Origin: Nemertoderma westbladi
Lineage: Eukaryota; Animalia; Xenacoelomorpha
NCBI GenBank assembly: GCA_032718475.1
Contig: JAUCBJ010000684.1
Location: 1-64,000, forward strand
DNA: 64,000 nucleotides
Direction of reading: 5' to 3'
Below the pieces are notes generated by a model. That model had not been told where the DNA came from. It saw nothing but the letters and a program-made list of their open reading frames with translations, and searched no databases. This document shows positions 1 through 11,441 of the stretch, piece after piece (the stretch's first letter is position 1; every line of letters starts with the position of its first letter). The translations under genes were made by a program, and so were the position numbers.

Positions 1-93
1 CTATTGGGAGAAATCAATTAGAATTCAATATAATTTAATAAAGAGATTTGGCGTATGAAAACTCATCTCCTGGCCGTTTGATTATAAATTTAC

Positions 94-266
94 CTGAGAT
101 TTAATTTTTTTGAAATTGTCTCTGACGCCTAGTTTCGTTTTTGGTCGTTTCTTCTGGCTATCGGCCTCCGTTGACACCGTGTGGGTGCGTTGCACCCCGT
201 GGTGGTCGGGTAATTCAGCGTACGCGTTCTCGCTGTACGTCCGCTCGTAACCACCGTAACCACCGC
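94..266 (-). CDS. Probable exon 3 of an unidentified minus-strand gene (continues beyond the window start)
   Basis: GC-richer open segment (GGYGGYERTYSENAYAELPDHHGVQRTH...KKIKSQ) bounded by ttttatttaatAG acceptor and CAG|GTAAAT donor; starts in phase 1, matching the 2749-2788 exon. No family recognised. Confidence 0.55.
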
Positions 267-587
267 CTATTAAATAAAACACAGGCGTAATAGAGTCAAC
301 TGTAAACCTATATAAATATTAATTAGTTAATTTAAAATAATTAATTTCAGAATTAATATTCTTTTTAATTAACCAACTCTATTCAATTACAGTCATTTAG
401 TTAATTATAAATATGGACGGCAATTGTCTTTATGCCAAAATAGTTTTAAACACAAAAACACAAAAATATAGAATAATAATAACATTATTTATAAATTTTA
501 CAGCTATTAATTTTTATTATATTGAAAGGTTTTTAACAAACAAATAATTACAGTACTTCGATTTATTATTTTATATGATTTATTATG

Positions 588-650
588 TAAGCAAAAAGCA
601 AACAGTCGGCCGAAGCCGGAGGCGACCCGAAGGCTCCTCTTTCGATAGCT
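588..650 (-). mobile_element. SINE 3' end remnant, truncated by the adjacent RTE fragment
   Basis: gccggaggcgacccgaaggctcctctttcgatagctg plus an (aagc)-like tail recurs almost identically at ~58849-58909. It resembles, from memory, invertebrate SINE tails. Confidence 0.55.
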
Positions 651-1345
651 GACAGTTAACTTTGAAAGTCCTCAGCAAGTATCTGTCGGATGAGCATAAG
701 CTCAAAGGATGGTATGCTTGAGCATGTGGACGACTTTTGTTACCTGGGATCATGGATGCGGAAGTCAGGTGAGGACCTTCGAATACGTAAGGGAAAGGCA
801 TGGACAGCCTTGACTAGGCTTTCCAGGATTTGGAAGTCACCGAGAAATAATCGGAAACCTAAGGTCCGATTATTTAGAGCAGCAGTAGTTCCAGTACTCC
901 TCTACGGGAGTCCATGCTGGGCTCTAACTGCTGAGGACACCAAATCTCTGGATGGCACATTCACAAGAATGCTACGCCGGGTTCATTGTGTCAAGCACAA
1001 CGCACACATCTCCAACCAGACACTATATAACATTGGAGGTGTCTCATTGGTTCCCCCAAGCTTGACACTAGAACAAAATCGCCTCCGCTTTGCATGACAT
1101 TGCTTTCGCCGTGAGGACCAGCCAGTGCATAATCTTGTACTTTGGCAGCCTCATGGAGTGAATAAGCATGGTGGACAGCCCATGACTTTCTTGAGACGCA
1201 TCTTAAAGGACACTGGCCTTGAAGATGCGGATGATCTAGCAAATGTCATGGGTGATAGGGAGTTGTGGCGGCGCAATTTTGTCGACAAGCCGGCACAGCA
1301 TTCTTAAAAATGCAGCTGCAATGCAGCATGCATATCCTAGTAGTA
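649..1345 (+). mobile_element. 5'-truncated RTE-clade LINE fragment (RT C-terminus, 3' UTR, TAG-repeat tail)
   Basis: VDDFCYLGSW...LLYGSPCW...RLRFA*HCFRR...LWQP; in-frame stop at 1095-1097; ends gcagcatgcatatcctagtagta; near-identical to 20437-21056. Confidence 0.9.
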
Positions 1346-1879
1346 TTAGAAATTTATATTAAAAATTCGTGTTACGGTAGGTAGGAGACGACGGATTGTT
1401 AGTTACTGACTCTATCGAGATTACTGTTCATGTGACCCCGGCGACGTTTCATGATTTTGACGGATGAGGAAAAACACGTATTAGACAATAAATAGTAAGC
1501 CGAAAAGTCGTAAGACTTGATTACCGTAAGAAAAAAAAAGTTTTTCTTGTGATCATGAATGTTGATTATGTAACATATGGCTTGATGTGCATCTACAAAC
1601 TGGTCATACAAACTACAAAATATTTTCTGTTGCCATGGTGAATGGTGATAAGAAAAGACCCTAATCGGCCCGAAAATGTCTTGGATTAACAACATGTAAG
1701 GTAGGCCAGGCCTAGATTACACTAAATAGATTTTCTTTTTATAAGTCTATTGTGGCTACATTTAAAGTGATGAAACATCACATAAGGTAATTTTTGAATA
1801 ATGTACTGTAGTTAAAGGGAACTGTCAATCATAATATTCGGGAGGTGGGCGATCAAGTAATACCGAATTAACAATACAG

Positions 1880-2233
1880 AGTAAAACGGGGACCAAGATC
1901 GTATTTTATAATAATGTAAAGATAAGTTCGGAAGCTACGAATTACGCTTTTAGTTACGGAGAATTCGAAGAATCGTCATGGGGAAAATTGGGTAATAAAA
2001 TGATTAAAGCTAACGGGACAGAGTTCTCAACCAAAGATCACGATAATTCCTCGTTAGCTAAAGATCGGTCCGGTGGTTGGTGGTTCACCGCGAATTCTCT
2101 GACGAACCTCAACGGAGATTTCAAATCTAGTGATAGAAAGAAGGGAGTCTTTTGGAGCGGTCAAAGAAACTTAATAAAATCAACTAAAATGTTATTAAAC
2201 TGCAGTGATAGTGTAGTGTCTAACACAAATTAA
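1880..2233 (+). pseudogene. Fibrinogen-related (FReD) C-terminal exon, gene or pseudogene
   Basis: Open from the acAG at 1879: SKTGTKIVFYNNVKISSEATNYAFSYG...NGTEFSTKDHDN...GGWWF...NLNG...GVFW...STKMLL. Upstream FReD-like remnants (LWLHLK*) appear interrupted. Confidence 0.7.
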
Positions 2234-2614
2234 TAAATGTCGTCCGAGTAATCCTTACGATTATGATCAATACTGCGGATATTCACTATGGCCTGTAGAC
2301 GCACACTCCCTATCTATTTGTACTTCATTCTAAAATATTCAATTTTCCAATCTGATTTTAATGCTCTAGAACATTATATGCTTCAAAATATTAAAAATAA
2401 TATAATATATTATAATAAATATAAAAAGTACCAAACATATATATTTTATATATTGTTAAAAAATAACAATATTATAATAATATAATTCCATATAATATGA
2501 ATATATTAATTATATAAAATGATTTAATAATAATAGTAATTAATTCAAATAATATCAATAATCAAAAATCAAATAATAATAATGAAACCAAAAAAAAATT
2601 TCAACGGAAAGGGG

Positions 2615-2655
2615 GGATTCCAAGTCCAACGCTCTACCAACTTCGCCACTGCGCC
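2615..2655 (-). mobile_element. tRNA-derived SINE head fragment
   Basis: Reverse complement ggcgcagtggcgaagttggtagagcgttggacttggaatcc gives an A-box/D-arm and anticodon arm only; no T-arm. Confidence 0.45.
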
Positions 2656-2748
2656 GTATGAAGCCTTAAAACCAAAACCTAACTGGAAAATTAACAACAA
2701 CAACAACAACAACGAAGTGAATACTAGAAAAAACTACTAATGACATAC

Positions 2749-2788
2749 CTTGCCAATCTCCAATAGCACTACAGTTTACACAGATATC
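2749..2788 (-). CDS. Probable exon 2 of the unidentified minus-strand gene
   Basis: ttttcatAG|GAT ATC TGT...TGG CAA G|GTATGT encodes DICVNCSAIGDWQ(G); phase 0 in and phase 1 out link both neighbouring exons in frame. Confidence 0.5.
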
Positions 2789-4290
2789 CTATGAAAATAC
2801 ATTTTACTTACAATAAAATATTGTGTCTATTATATTACAATCATCTCTACTATACTTTATAAAGTAAGATGATATCAGCTGTCAATAACCATTTAAACAA
2901 ACTGGCAAATCTAGACTTATCAATAATTGTAATATCGCATACTTGGCCTAATGCAATATATTTTTGTAGAATTCACCTACTATATAAAATTAATATCATA
3001 CTCTTATTAAAAATAATACATTATCGTGCACAAATAAGCTATGTCTATGAAGTGGTTATAGTATTTAGTAAAGTGTGGATTGTGGCTTGGGCGGGGGGAG
3101 GGGGGGGGGGGGGTATTGATTGTCCATGGAAAAAAAAAATAATATATATTTATATTAATAATAATAGTATATATATAATATTTATATTTAATACCGAAGC
3201 CGAAATTACTTTTGCAAATTATCATGATCGATTGGAACACAAAATAACTGATAGAACATCTGAAAAGTTTGACGACATTATTTAAAGATAATTAAATTTA
3301 AAAAAGAACAGTTATTAGGGTGAGTCATGGAATACTAAATATACATATACAAATATACAATATGTATATTTAGTATTCCATGGGTGAGTGCTTCTACTAC
3401 AGCAGTATACAAGTCATAGAACACGAACTTAAGAATACCTCAGAAACGGCTGGAATTTCGATGGATGACATTTAATTAGCCATAAATCTAATGGGCCATT
3501 GGGAAATGATACATTTGAAGAAAAAGTAATGAGAATACAGTAGTTACAGAGACTAAGAAAGCCAAGTTCCATATCAAATCGGAAGAAAACAGAACTTATT
3601 CAAGGATAGCGATGGTTTTATCCAAAAAGAGTCGCAACTTAGGCCTACACCAGCAATATATAGCCTGATAATCTCATAGGAACATTGGAAATTACTTTAA
3701 AGTGTTAACGTTAACTCTACTATACAATAAAAATAAACATAACTATTTTTAATAGTATGTAATATTCATCATGTATGTATGTATAATGTATGTACTGTAT
3801 TTACACCTGTTAACCTGTGTTCAGTATATCAAAACAAACAGTGCTTTTGAAAAAAGTTTTGAGATTCGATTAATATTTCGAAAATAGGGGAAAATTTTGG
3901 CCTTTCATGGAAATTGCAAAATAAGAAATAGGCTGTAGTATTCCAAGAACTCAATATAAATTAATCGAGTGTTTTACAACAATAGCTACTGGCCTTAAAA
4001 TTATAAATACGTGATAAAATTCTAGAAAATTATTCCGGTTGAGGGTTTGATATGGAGGAACATAGCAAGCGTCTTGATAACAATAAAGAATAACACAATT
4101 ATACGATTTGCAAAAGTATTTTGCTCACTTGAAAATAAAAAGTCTTGAAATAATGTCGATCACGCATAGGTCTACACATACAGTATGCTAATATCTGGAT
4201 AATATCCTTTATATGTTTAATATCTTTGATTGAGCGTAATATAAAAGATGACAAGAACTCTTCCAAACGGTAACTATTAAACTCCAAAAA

Positions 4291-4376
4291 TAACCCAATA
4301 AAACCCAAAAGAACCCAATAAAACATAAAAGAACCCAATAGAACCCAAAAGAACCCAATAGAACCCAAAAGAACCT
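4291..4376. repeat. 10-bp tandem repeat (aacccaatag/aacccaaaag)
   Basis: About 8 degenerate copies seen directly. Confidence 0.8.
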
Positions 4377-4403
4377 AAATTTGTTATAAACATTAGATTT
4401 TAC

Positions 4404-4427
4404 CTCCAAATCTGCTGCAGATGTCAT
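4404..4427 (-). CDS. Probable first coding exon (MTSAADLE) of the unidentified minus-strand gene
   Basis: aaaaATG start context; GAG|GTAAAA donor in phase 0, compatible with exon 2749-2788. Confidence 0.4.
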
Positions 4428-5346
4428 TTTTGCGCAGATTTTCTGCCACTTGTGCTTGAATCTAATCTTCGAATTAACTAACCTGACACTTAATACAACC
4501 TAATTATTAGAATACTGACATTCTACAGTAATAAGTTACTTGCTAAGTCACACAGAAAAAATCAAACACACAGTAGTAGAAGGCTACCAATAACTATGGT
4601 ACGTAATGCAGGCAGACTATGAACGTATCAGTTTTACAAACTTACAGTATTGCAGGGCCGCTTCTACGTAGGCCCCTGTACAGTAGGATTATTACTATAA
4701 AGACTAGGGGCCGTGGCTTGAGGGGGCATCTAAATCTGAAAATAACCGATGAGTAATCGGAAAGTATTATTCCATAAAAAAGGAATTCAGACATTTCGCA
4801 ATCTAGCTGCAGACTGTTAAAAAGATGGTGTCTAAAGTCTCTAAAAAGTCGAAACTTTTGCTCTTATTGATGCCTGCTAATTTTCAATTCGACAGCTTTA
4901 AATCCGACATGGTTGGATCCCCGGCCACCCCACAGTGTCAGTTCGCAGAGTCTCTGCATACTTCGTGGCTCGCCCCACATGCCACATAAGACAAGAGTGA
5001 AAACAAATAACTCAAATTAAACGCTACCTTCAGTCACAGTCTCGAGAAATGCGAGATTTCAGTTTCTCTTTAAATAGGTTTTTGCCCAGGTCACCATAAT
5101 ACAATATGGTGGTACCATAATAGACAATGAGTTAGTGTGTTTGGAAGGACCTTTTTCTAAGTGACCCAAAATATAATTTAATATGAAATAACCGAGTATA
5201 TTTCCGAGTATATTTCGGGCAACAGCCCTTTATCAACTCCATTCATTTAAACTGCAAGTAGGCATGTGAAAAGTACAGAAGTACAGGACTAAAAGTTTAG
5301 TATTGTTTAGGCATGTGTAAAGTACAGAAGAAAAGGACTAAAAGTT

Positions 5347-5468
5347 TAATAATAATAATAATATTGGTTATTTATATAGCGCTTTTCTACGTTCAGCATC
5401 GGACCTGCGCCACCAAGCACTATTGTGTAAGCAGTTCAGGCGCCGTATCCACTCGGACACATGCGACA
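5347..5468 (-). mobile_element. L2/CR1-type LINE or SINE 3' tail
   Basis: Reverse complement ends gcgctatataaataaccaatattattattattatt, a typical L2-like tail; a similar tail lies at ~24563-24643 on the + strand. Confidence 0.5.
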
Positions 5469-5749
5469 GTTTAGTCCTGTACTTCTGTACTTTAGTGAGT
5501 GAGGGAGACTTGACTTTAGGGGAGACTTGATTTTTTTTAATAACTCAAAAACTATTGTAAATTATTTAACAAAATGTGTAAAATACATTCTGTATAACGT
5601 CATAAGGCAGACACAAAATGGTTCGTACTGAATCGTGCAATAAACATAAACTGGTGGTTTAATATGCACATACAGTACTTTCAATGTACTAATGTACTGT
5701 ATGACAAAAATGTAGCGAGGTAGTTGAATTTGGACCAAAAAAAAAAATA

Positions 5750-6617
5750 TAAGTGACTGTAAAATTAAAGCAATGTAACGGGGAGTTCAATATGCACGGG
5801 GTGGTTCCAAAAAAAAAACAATGTAACGGGGTGGTTCAATGTGCACCTAAAATAAGTAGGTGACTATAAAATAAAAACAATTTAACGGGGTAGTTCAATA
5901 TGCACCTAAAATAAGTAGGTGACTGTAAAATAAAACAATTTTAACCGGGTAGTTCATTATGCACCTAAAATAAGTAGGTGACTGTAAAATAAAAACAATT
6001 TAACGGGGTAGTTCATTATGCACCTAAAATAAGTAGGTGACTGTAAAATAAAAACAATTTAACGGGGTAGTTCAATATGCACCTAAAATAAGTAAGTGAC
6101 TTTAAAATAAAAACAATTTAACGGGGTAGTTCAATATGCACCTAAAATAAGTAGGTGACTGCAAAATAAAAACAATTTAACGGGGTAGTTCAATATGCAC
6201 CTAAAATAAGTAGGTGACTGCAAAATAAAAACAATGTAACGGGGTAGTTCAATATGCACCTAAAATAAGTAGGTGACTGCAAAATAAAAACAATTTAACG
6301 GGGTAGTTCATTATGCACCTAAAATAAGTAGGTGACTGTAAAATAAAAACAATTTAACGGGGTAGTTCAATATGCACCTAAAATAAGTAGGTGACTGTAA
6401 AATAAAAACAATTTAACGGGGTAGTTCAATATGCACCTAAAATAAGTAGGTGACTGTAAAATAAAAACAATTTAACGGGGTAGTTCAATATGCACCTAAA
6501 ATAAGTAGGTGACTGTAAAATAAAAACAATTTAACGGGGTAGTTCAATATGCACCTAAAATAAGTAGGTGACTGCAAAATAAAAACAATGTAACAGGGTA
6601 GTTCAATATGCAACTAA
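5750..6617. repeat. 59-bp minisatellite (~14 copies)
   Basis: Unit aacggggtagttcaatatgcacctaaaataagtaggtgactgtaaaataaaaacaattt; period 59 (6061 vs 6120). Confidence 0.95.
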
Positions 6618-6691
6618 TAAAACTTGGATATATGTATTTTGAATTAAATAAGTGAGATAAATTTGAAAGATGTGAACGAAGGGTCGTGGAA

Positions 6692-7312
6692 TTAAGTCTG
6701 TGGACGCTGCTTGTTCAAAGGAGGGTTGTACAAATGTATGTAGAGCGCTTCAGCACTGAGACGGTCGCAATCGCGCCTGTACTGCTTGAAGGCTGTGACA
6801 GTGTACTGTGGGCATTGCGCAAAGTGTTCAAGTAGATGGTCCTCCTGGCCAGTGCTAGGAGCGCCCTTGCGGTGCTGTCGCACATTGAATCGGTGGCCAT
6901 TGAGGCGATTGTGCAGTTTCTGCTCGGTTTCGCCAATGTAGTATTGGTCCGGGTGTTGGGTGCAGGATAAGTAATATAAAATATTGTGAGACTTGCAGGT
7001 GAACGCACCCCAGGGAGTGGTTGTATTGTTCGCGATTTCTTTACACGTGCAGCACGAGCTCACATTGCAAGGGACGTTTCCACTGTGTGTCGGTTTTTCA
7101 CGTTTCCTGATGAGCTTGTTTCCGAGTGTTGGAAGGTTGCGAGTCGTTAGTTTAAGGTCGATGCCGTAGGAGTCTAGGAGCCGCCTATACCGTAAAAGTA
7201 GCTGCTTAATGGAGGGTTGAAAGTGTAATAATATAGGGAGATAGATTGGGTGTTTCTGATGGGGCGATGGTGTGAGCTTGGTTGTATGGGTAGGTGGGTC
7301 CCAGAAGTGCAA
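6692..7312 (-). mobile_element. Penelope-like element 3' fragment encoding a GIY-YIG endonuclease
   Basis: C..C.TC cysteine motif, NILYYLSC...YYIGET...RLNGHR...HLLEHF...EALYI...PPLN: the PLE GIY-YIG signature. Confidence 0.9.
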
Positions 7313-7331
7313 CGGGATATTTTATATACTA

Positions 7332-7369
7332 GCACTGAAGAAGCCCGTGAGGGTGAAACGGCTGTCGGC
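7332..7369 (+). ncRNA. Minimal type-I hammerhead ribozyme motif (PLE-associated, probably degenerate)
   Basis: CTGAAGA-A-GCCC-GTGA-GGGT-GAAA-C-GGCT-G-TC: catalytic core, stem II with GNRA loop, short stem III and GUC site; stem I has a mismatch; abuts the Penelope fragment. Confidence 0.65.
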
Positions 7370-7626
7370 AAACTCTATTTATTTTAACTCGTGGTGTTAA
7401 GACCCCTTAGGCCCTACGTCCTTTCAGAAACTTATATGATTTAATTAAAAAAAGTTTAAAAGTTGAAATTCTCAAACTCTCACATAATGATAGCAATCAT
7501 AAATTATAATGTGAAAAAGTTAAAACGGCATTGAAAAATTCATTTATCTGTTCTTTAGAGCGATTATAACTTTTGGGGTTCAAGTCTCCCTCACACATGC
7601 CTGCATGCAGTTTAACGAGACGATTC

Positions 7627-10600
7627 CTACTGTGGCAGAATTCCGCCATATTTATTTAAAAAAAAATAAAAAGCAGGGAATTTGTGGACGTCCAAAAATT
7701 TATTTTTGGACGTCCATAAATTAATTTTTGGACGTCCATAAATTAATTTTTGGACGTCCATAATATGAGTATATGAGTATGAGAACCCTCCAGGAGAAAA
7801 ACCGGCTCGGTCGTCGCCCGGGTCAACAAGGACCGCCTCCCTCAGTGGTACACCAGGCTGGGGTCGATAAATTGGCTACTGGAACAGAAGACAGAGAAGA
7901 AAGAAGAACCAACCTGTTGAAATGTAAAAAGACACTAAAGATTGCTACAATGAACGCACGCACGCTGAAAGCACATACCAAACAGGGTGACATGGTCGCT
8001 CTGGCAATGGATTATAACATCGACATCATCTGCATCCAAGAACATCGGATTTGTCATGAAGACACTGCCATGAAGTACAATGAAATTGGAAATGGATGGA
8101 CGTTAGTAACAAGCTCAGCAGTAAGAAACTCGGCCAATGCATCAATTGGTGGAGTAGGAATTCTGCTAAGCCCATTTGCACTTAAAGACCCTAAACAACA
8201 TCGAATCTATAAATTCCAGGGTTATGATCGCAACATTTGATGAGAATCCCAAGGCAACAGTTATATGTTGCTACAGTCCAACCAATGCCTCAGAGCCAGA
8301 ACAAGCAGTCAAGTTTTATGAAGAACTGACTGGACTTATAAAGGACATACCGAGACACAATGTTAAAGTCATTGCTGGTGACCTGAATGCGCAAATTGGC
8401 CCAGAAGACATCAAGGGTTACACCTATAACACCAGTTCTAACAGAAATGGGTACTTACTTTTAGACCTAATGGAAGAATGTGAATTGATACCAACAAACA
8501 ACACATTCGAAAAGAGTAAGGGGAAGCTATGGACCTTTCAATACCCTAATGGAACCAAAGCACAACTGGATTACATCCTTATAAACAAAAAGTGGAGAAA
8601 CAGCATGATCAACTGCGAGGCATACAGCTCGTTCAACCTAATTGGTTCGGACCACAGAATTGTGACTGCAGAGATAAGACTCAGTTTGAGAGCCAGCAAA
8701 CCCAGGACAAGCAAGCAAATCAACTATGACTGGGAGAAACTCAGAACTGACAATGCTGTAAAGGATGCTTATACAGTAGAAGTTCAAAACCGCTTTGAAG
8801 CACTTCAGTCAATGGATGAAGACCAATCCACCGATTCAATATACCAGAATATAATAACAGCCCACAAGGAATCAGCTAAGAGGCATATCCCCCAGAAACC
8901 CAAACGAAAACAGTATGTGCCATGGCAAAACTCTGAGGTTACTTGTAAGAGAGAAGATCTTAAGATAGCCTACAAAGTTAAAACCGAACAACCAACAACT
9001 GAAAACATTAACAAGGTTGAGAAAGCTAAGGACGATCTTAAATTGGCCTACAACATCAGCCAGGAAAAGTACATACAGGATAAAACTGAAGCAATTACAA
9101 CTGCTCACATACAGCAACAATCAAGACTTACCTGGCAAACTGTAAATGAGGTATCTGGTCGGAAAAGTTGTGCAAAGGGGCGCCTCAAAGCCGATAGTCC
9201 TGAAGAACGTGTTGGGAAGTGGAAAAATCACTTCAGCAACTTGCTTGGGCAGCCACCAAACATCGAGGTCAGCCCTACAAGGAAAATATATGACAAGACA
9301 CTACCTATAGAAACAGGGGACTTCACACCTGCCGAACTCCAAAGAAGCATTAAAAGCATGTCCAATAATAAAGCGAGTGGATTAGATGAAATCCCAGCGG
9401 AGGTATGGAAAACCGGAGTGCTAAACAGACCATTATTGAATGTTTGCAACCGGATGTTAAAAGGGGAAAAGCCACCACCAATTTGGACTAAAGGTCAACT
9501 AAAGCCTCTCCCCAAGAAAGGAGACCTCGGCATACCAACAAACTATCGTGGGATCTGTCTGCTTGTGGTAGCTGCCAAAATATACAATAAAATGATTCTA
9601 TATAGGATTAGGCCTCACATAGAGAAACTACTGCGTAAGAGCCAAAACGGATTTCGACCAAGTAGATCAACAATAGCTCAGATACTTGCACTACGGAGAC
9701 TGATTGAAGGAATTAAGTCAAAGAATCTCCCCGCAGTCATGACTTTTGTGGACTTCAAGAAGGCATTCGACTCCATCCATAGAGGTAAAATGCTTGAAAT
9801 CCTAAGAGCTTATGGAATACCAGAAGTAATTGTTGCTGGCATTGGATTGTTATATTGTGACACAGAAGCGCAGGTACTCTCACCAGATGGTGAAACTGAG
9901 TTTTTCTCAATCCTGGCTGGCGTACTGCAAGGTGACACATTAGCACCATTACTATTTGTAATTGTGCTGGATTACGCAATGAGGACGGCCACAAAGGGTG
10001 AAGATCTGGGATTCACACTTCAAGAACGCAGAAGTAGTAGATATCCGGCAACTACAGTCACAGACACCGACTTTGCGGATGACATCGCCCTGCTCTCTAA
10101 TACGCTAGCAGATGCACAGCTTCTACTAAATAAAGTGGAGAGGGCTGCTAAGGAGGTTGGATTGCATATAAATGCTACAAAGACCGAATTCATGACCTTT
10201 AATGTTGATGGAAACTTGACAACCATTGATAATAATCAACTAAGGAAGGTCGATGACTTCCAGTACCTTGGATCATGGATAGAGAGTAGCAAAAAGGACA
10301 TAGAAGTTAGGAAAGCAAAGGCTTGGGTAGCTCTATCAAAAATGGATACCATCTGGAAATCAGATCTCTCCAGGCACCTGAAGACTAAGTTCTTTCGAGC
10401 CACAGTGGAAAGTGTATTTTTATACGGGGGTGAGACCTGGACACTGACTAAATCACTTGAACAACGAATTGATGGTTGCTACACAAGACTACTAAGGGCA
10501 GCCCTAAACATCAGCTGGAGACAACACATGACAAACGCCGAGCTTTATGGTACAATACCACCTGTATCAACCACCCTCCGTGAACGCAGATTAAGATTCA

Positions 10601-10987
10601 GTGGGCACTGCTGGCGAAGTAAAGACGAGGTCATACCAGATCTACTTCTCTGGCAACCAACTCATGGAAAGCGTAGTCGTGGACGACCGGCCATAACATA
10701 TATAGATCAACTTGAAAGGGATACTGAACTTGGGAGAAACGAAATTGCGACAACTATGGAGAATCGGGAAGCCTGGAAGGATCTCATTTCCACTGTCCGA
10801 GTTCGCTCGACCTAGTAGTAGTAGTAATTTTTGGACGTCCATAAATTAATTTTTGGACGTCCATAAATTATTTTTTGGACGTCCATAAATTATTTTTTGG
10901 ACGTCCTTAAATTAATTTTTGGACGTCCAAAAATTCCCTGCTTTCTATTTTTTTTTAAATAAATATGGCGGAATTCTCCCACAGTAG
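7627..10987. mobile_element. MITE with ~55-bp TIRs and an internal 22-bp palindromic array, split by an RTE insertion
   Basis: ctactgtggcagaattccgccatatttattt ... aaataaatatggcggaattctcccacagtag; ATTC on both sides (4-bp TSD); internal unit aatttttggacgtccataaatt. Confidence 0.85.
7763..10826 (+). mobile_element. Near-full-length RTE-clade non-LTR retrotransposon (APE endonuclease + RT), one frameshift
   Basis: ORFs 7773-8240 and 8176-10815 join via a +1 shift near 8183; IATMNARTL, IQEHR, GDLNA, LDYIL, SDH (APE); QGDTLAP, FADD, YLGS (RT); (TAG)n tail at the stop. Confidence 0.95.
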
Positions 10988-11062
10988 ATTCCACATAAGT
11001 GTGCAACTTGTTATTGAATCGGCTCAACTTGTTTTGGAAAAATATACATTATGCAGTTTAAC

Positions 11063-11390
11063 GAAAGGAGAAGGTTACAAAGCCGCTCTTTTCTATCCAA
11101 AACAATAAACGTTTTCTTTAGCAATACAGAGAAAGGAGCAGGTTACAAATGCGGGCTTTTCTAACCAAAACAATAAAAGTTTTCTTTAGCAATAATAAAG
11201 AGGAAGGAGCAGGATACAATGGCGGGCTTTTCTAACCAAAACAATAAACGTTTTCTTTAGAATTTCAGGGAAAGGAGCAGGTTACAGGGGCGGGCTTTTC
11301 TAACCAAAACAAGAAACGTTTTCTTTAGAAATTCAGGGAAAGGAGCAGGTTACAGGGGCAGGCTTTTCTAACCAAAACAATAAACTTTTC
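11063..11390. repeat. ~67-bp tandem repeat (~5 copies), related to a dispersed family
   Basis: gaaaggagcaggttaca...ggcttttctaaccaaaacaataaacgttttctttag; inverted relatives near 42330-42410 and 46410-46490. Confidence 0.8.
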
Positions 11391-11394
11391 CAAA

Positions 11395-11441
11395 GGCGGG
11401 GTAGCTCAGTTGGCTGAGCGCCGGGCCTGCAAAGCCAGGTT
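11395..11441 (+). mobile_element. tRNA-derived SINE head fragment
   Basis: ggcggggtagctcagttggctgagcgccgggcctgcaaagccagg: A-box and anticodon arm only. Confidence 0.45.

Larger units (their letters stand above)
5499..7594. mobile_element. Non-autonomous DNA transposon with 15-bp TIR, containing a 59-bp array and a Penelope fragment
   Basis: gtgagggagacttga ... tcaagtctccctcac; interrupts the right TIR of the outer element; no clean TSD seen. Confidence 0.6.
5251..7611. mobile_element. TTAA-flanked TIR element (Kolobok-like?) carrying nested insertions
   Basis: Left ttaa|actgcaagtaggcatgtgaaaagtacagaagtacaggactaaa. Its inverted partner is split into 5470-5494 (ttagtcctgtacttctgtacttta) and 7594-7611 (cacatgcctgcatgcagt|ttaa). 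Confidence 0.6.

Noticed and set aside
11395-11441. tRNA genes (also 2615-2655 and 33506-33580)
   Set aside because: Partial or non-canonical cloverleafs; better explained as SINE heads.
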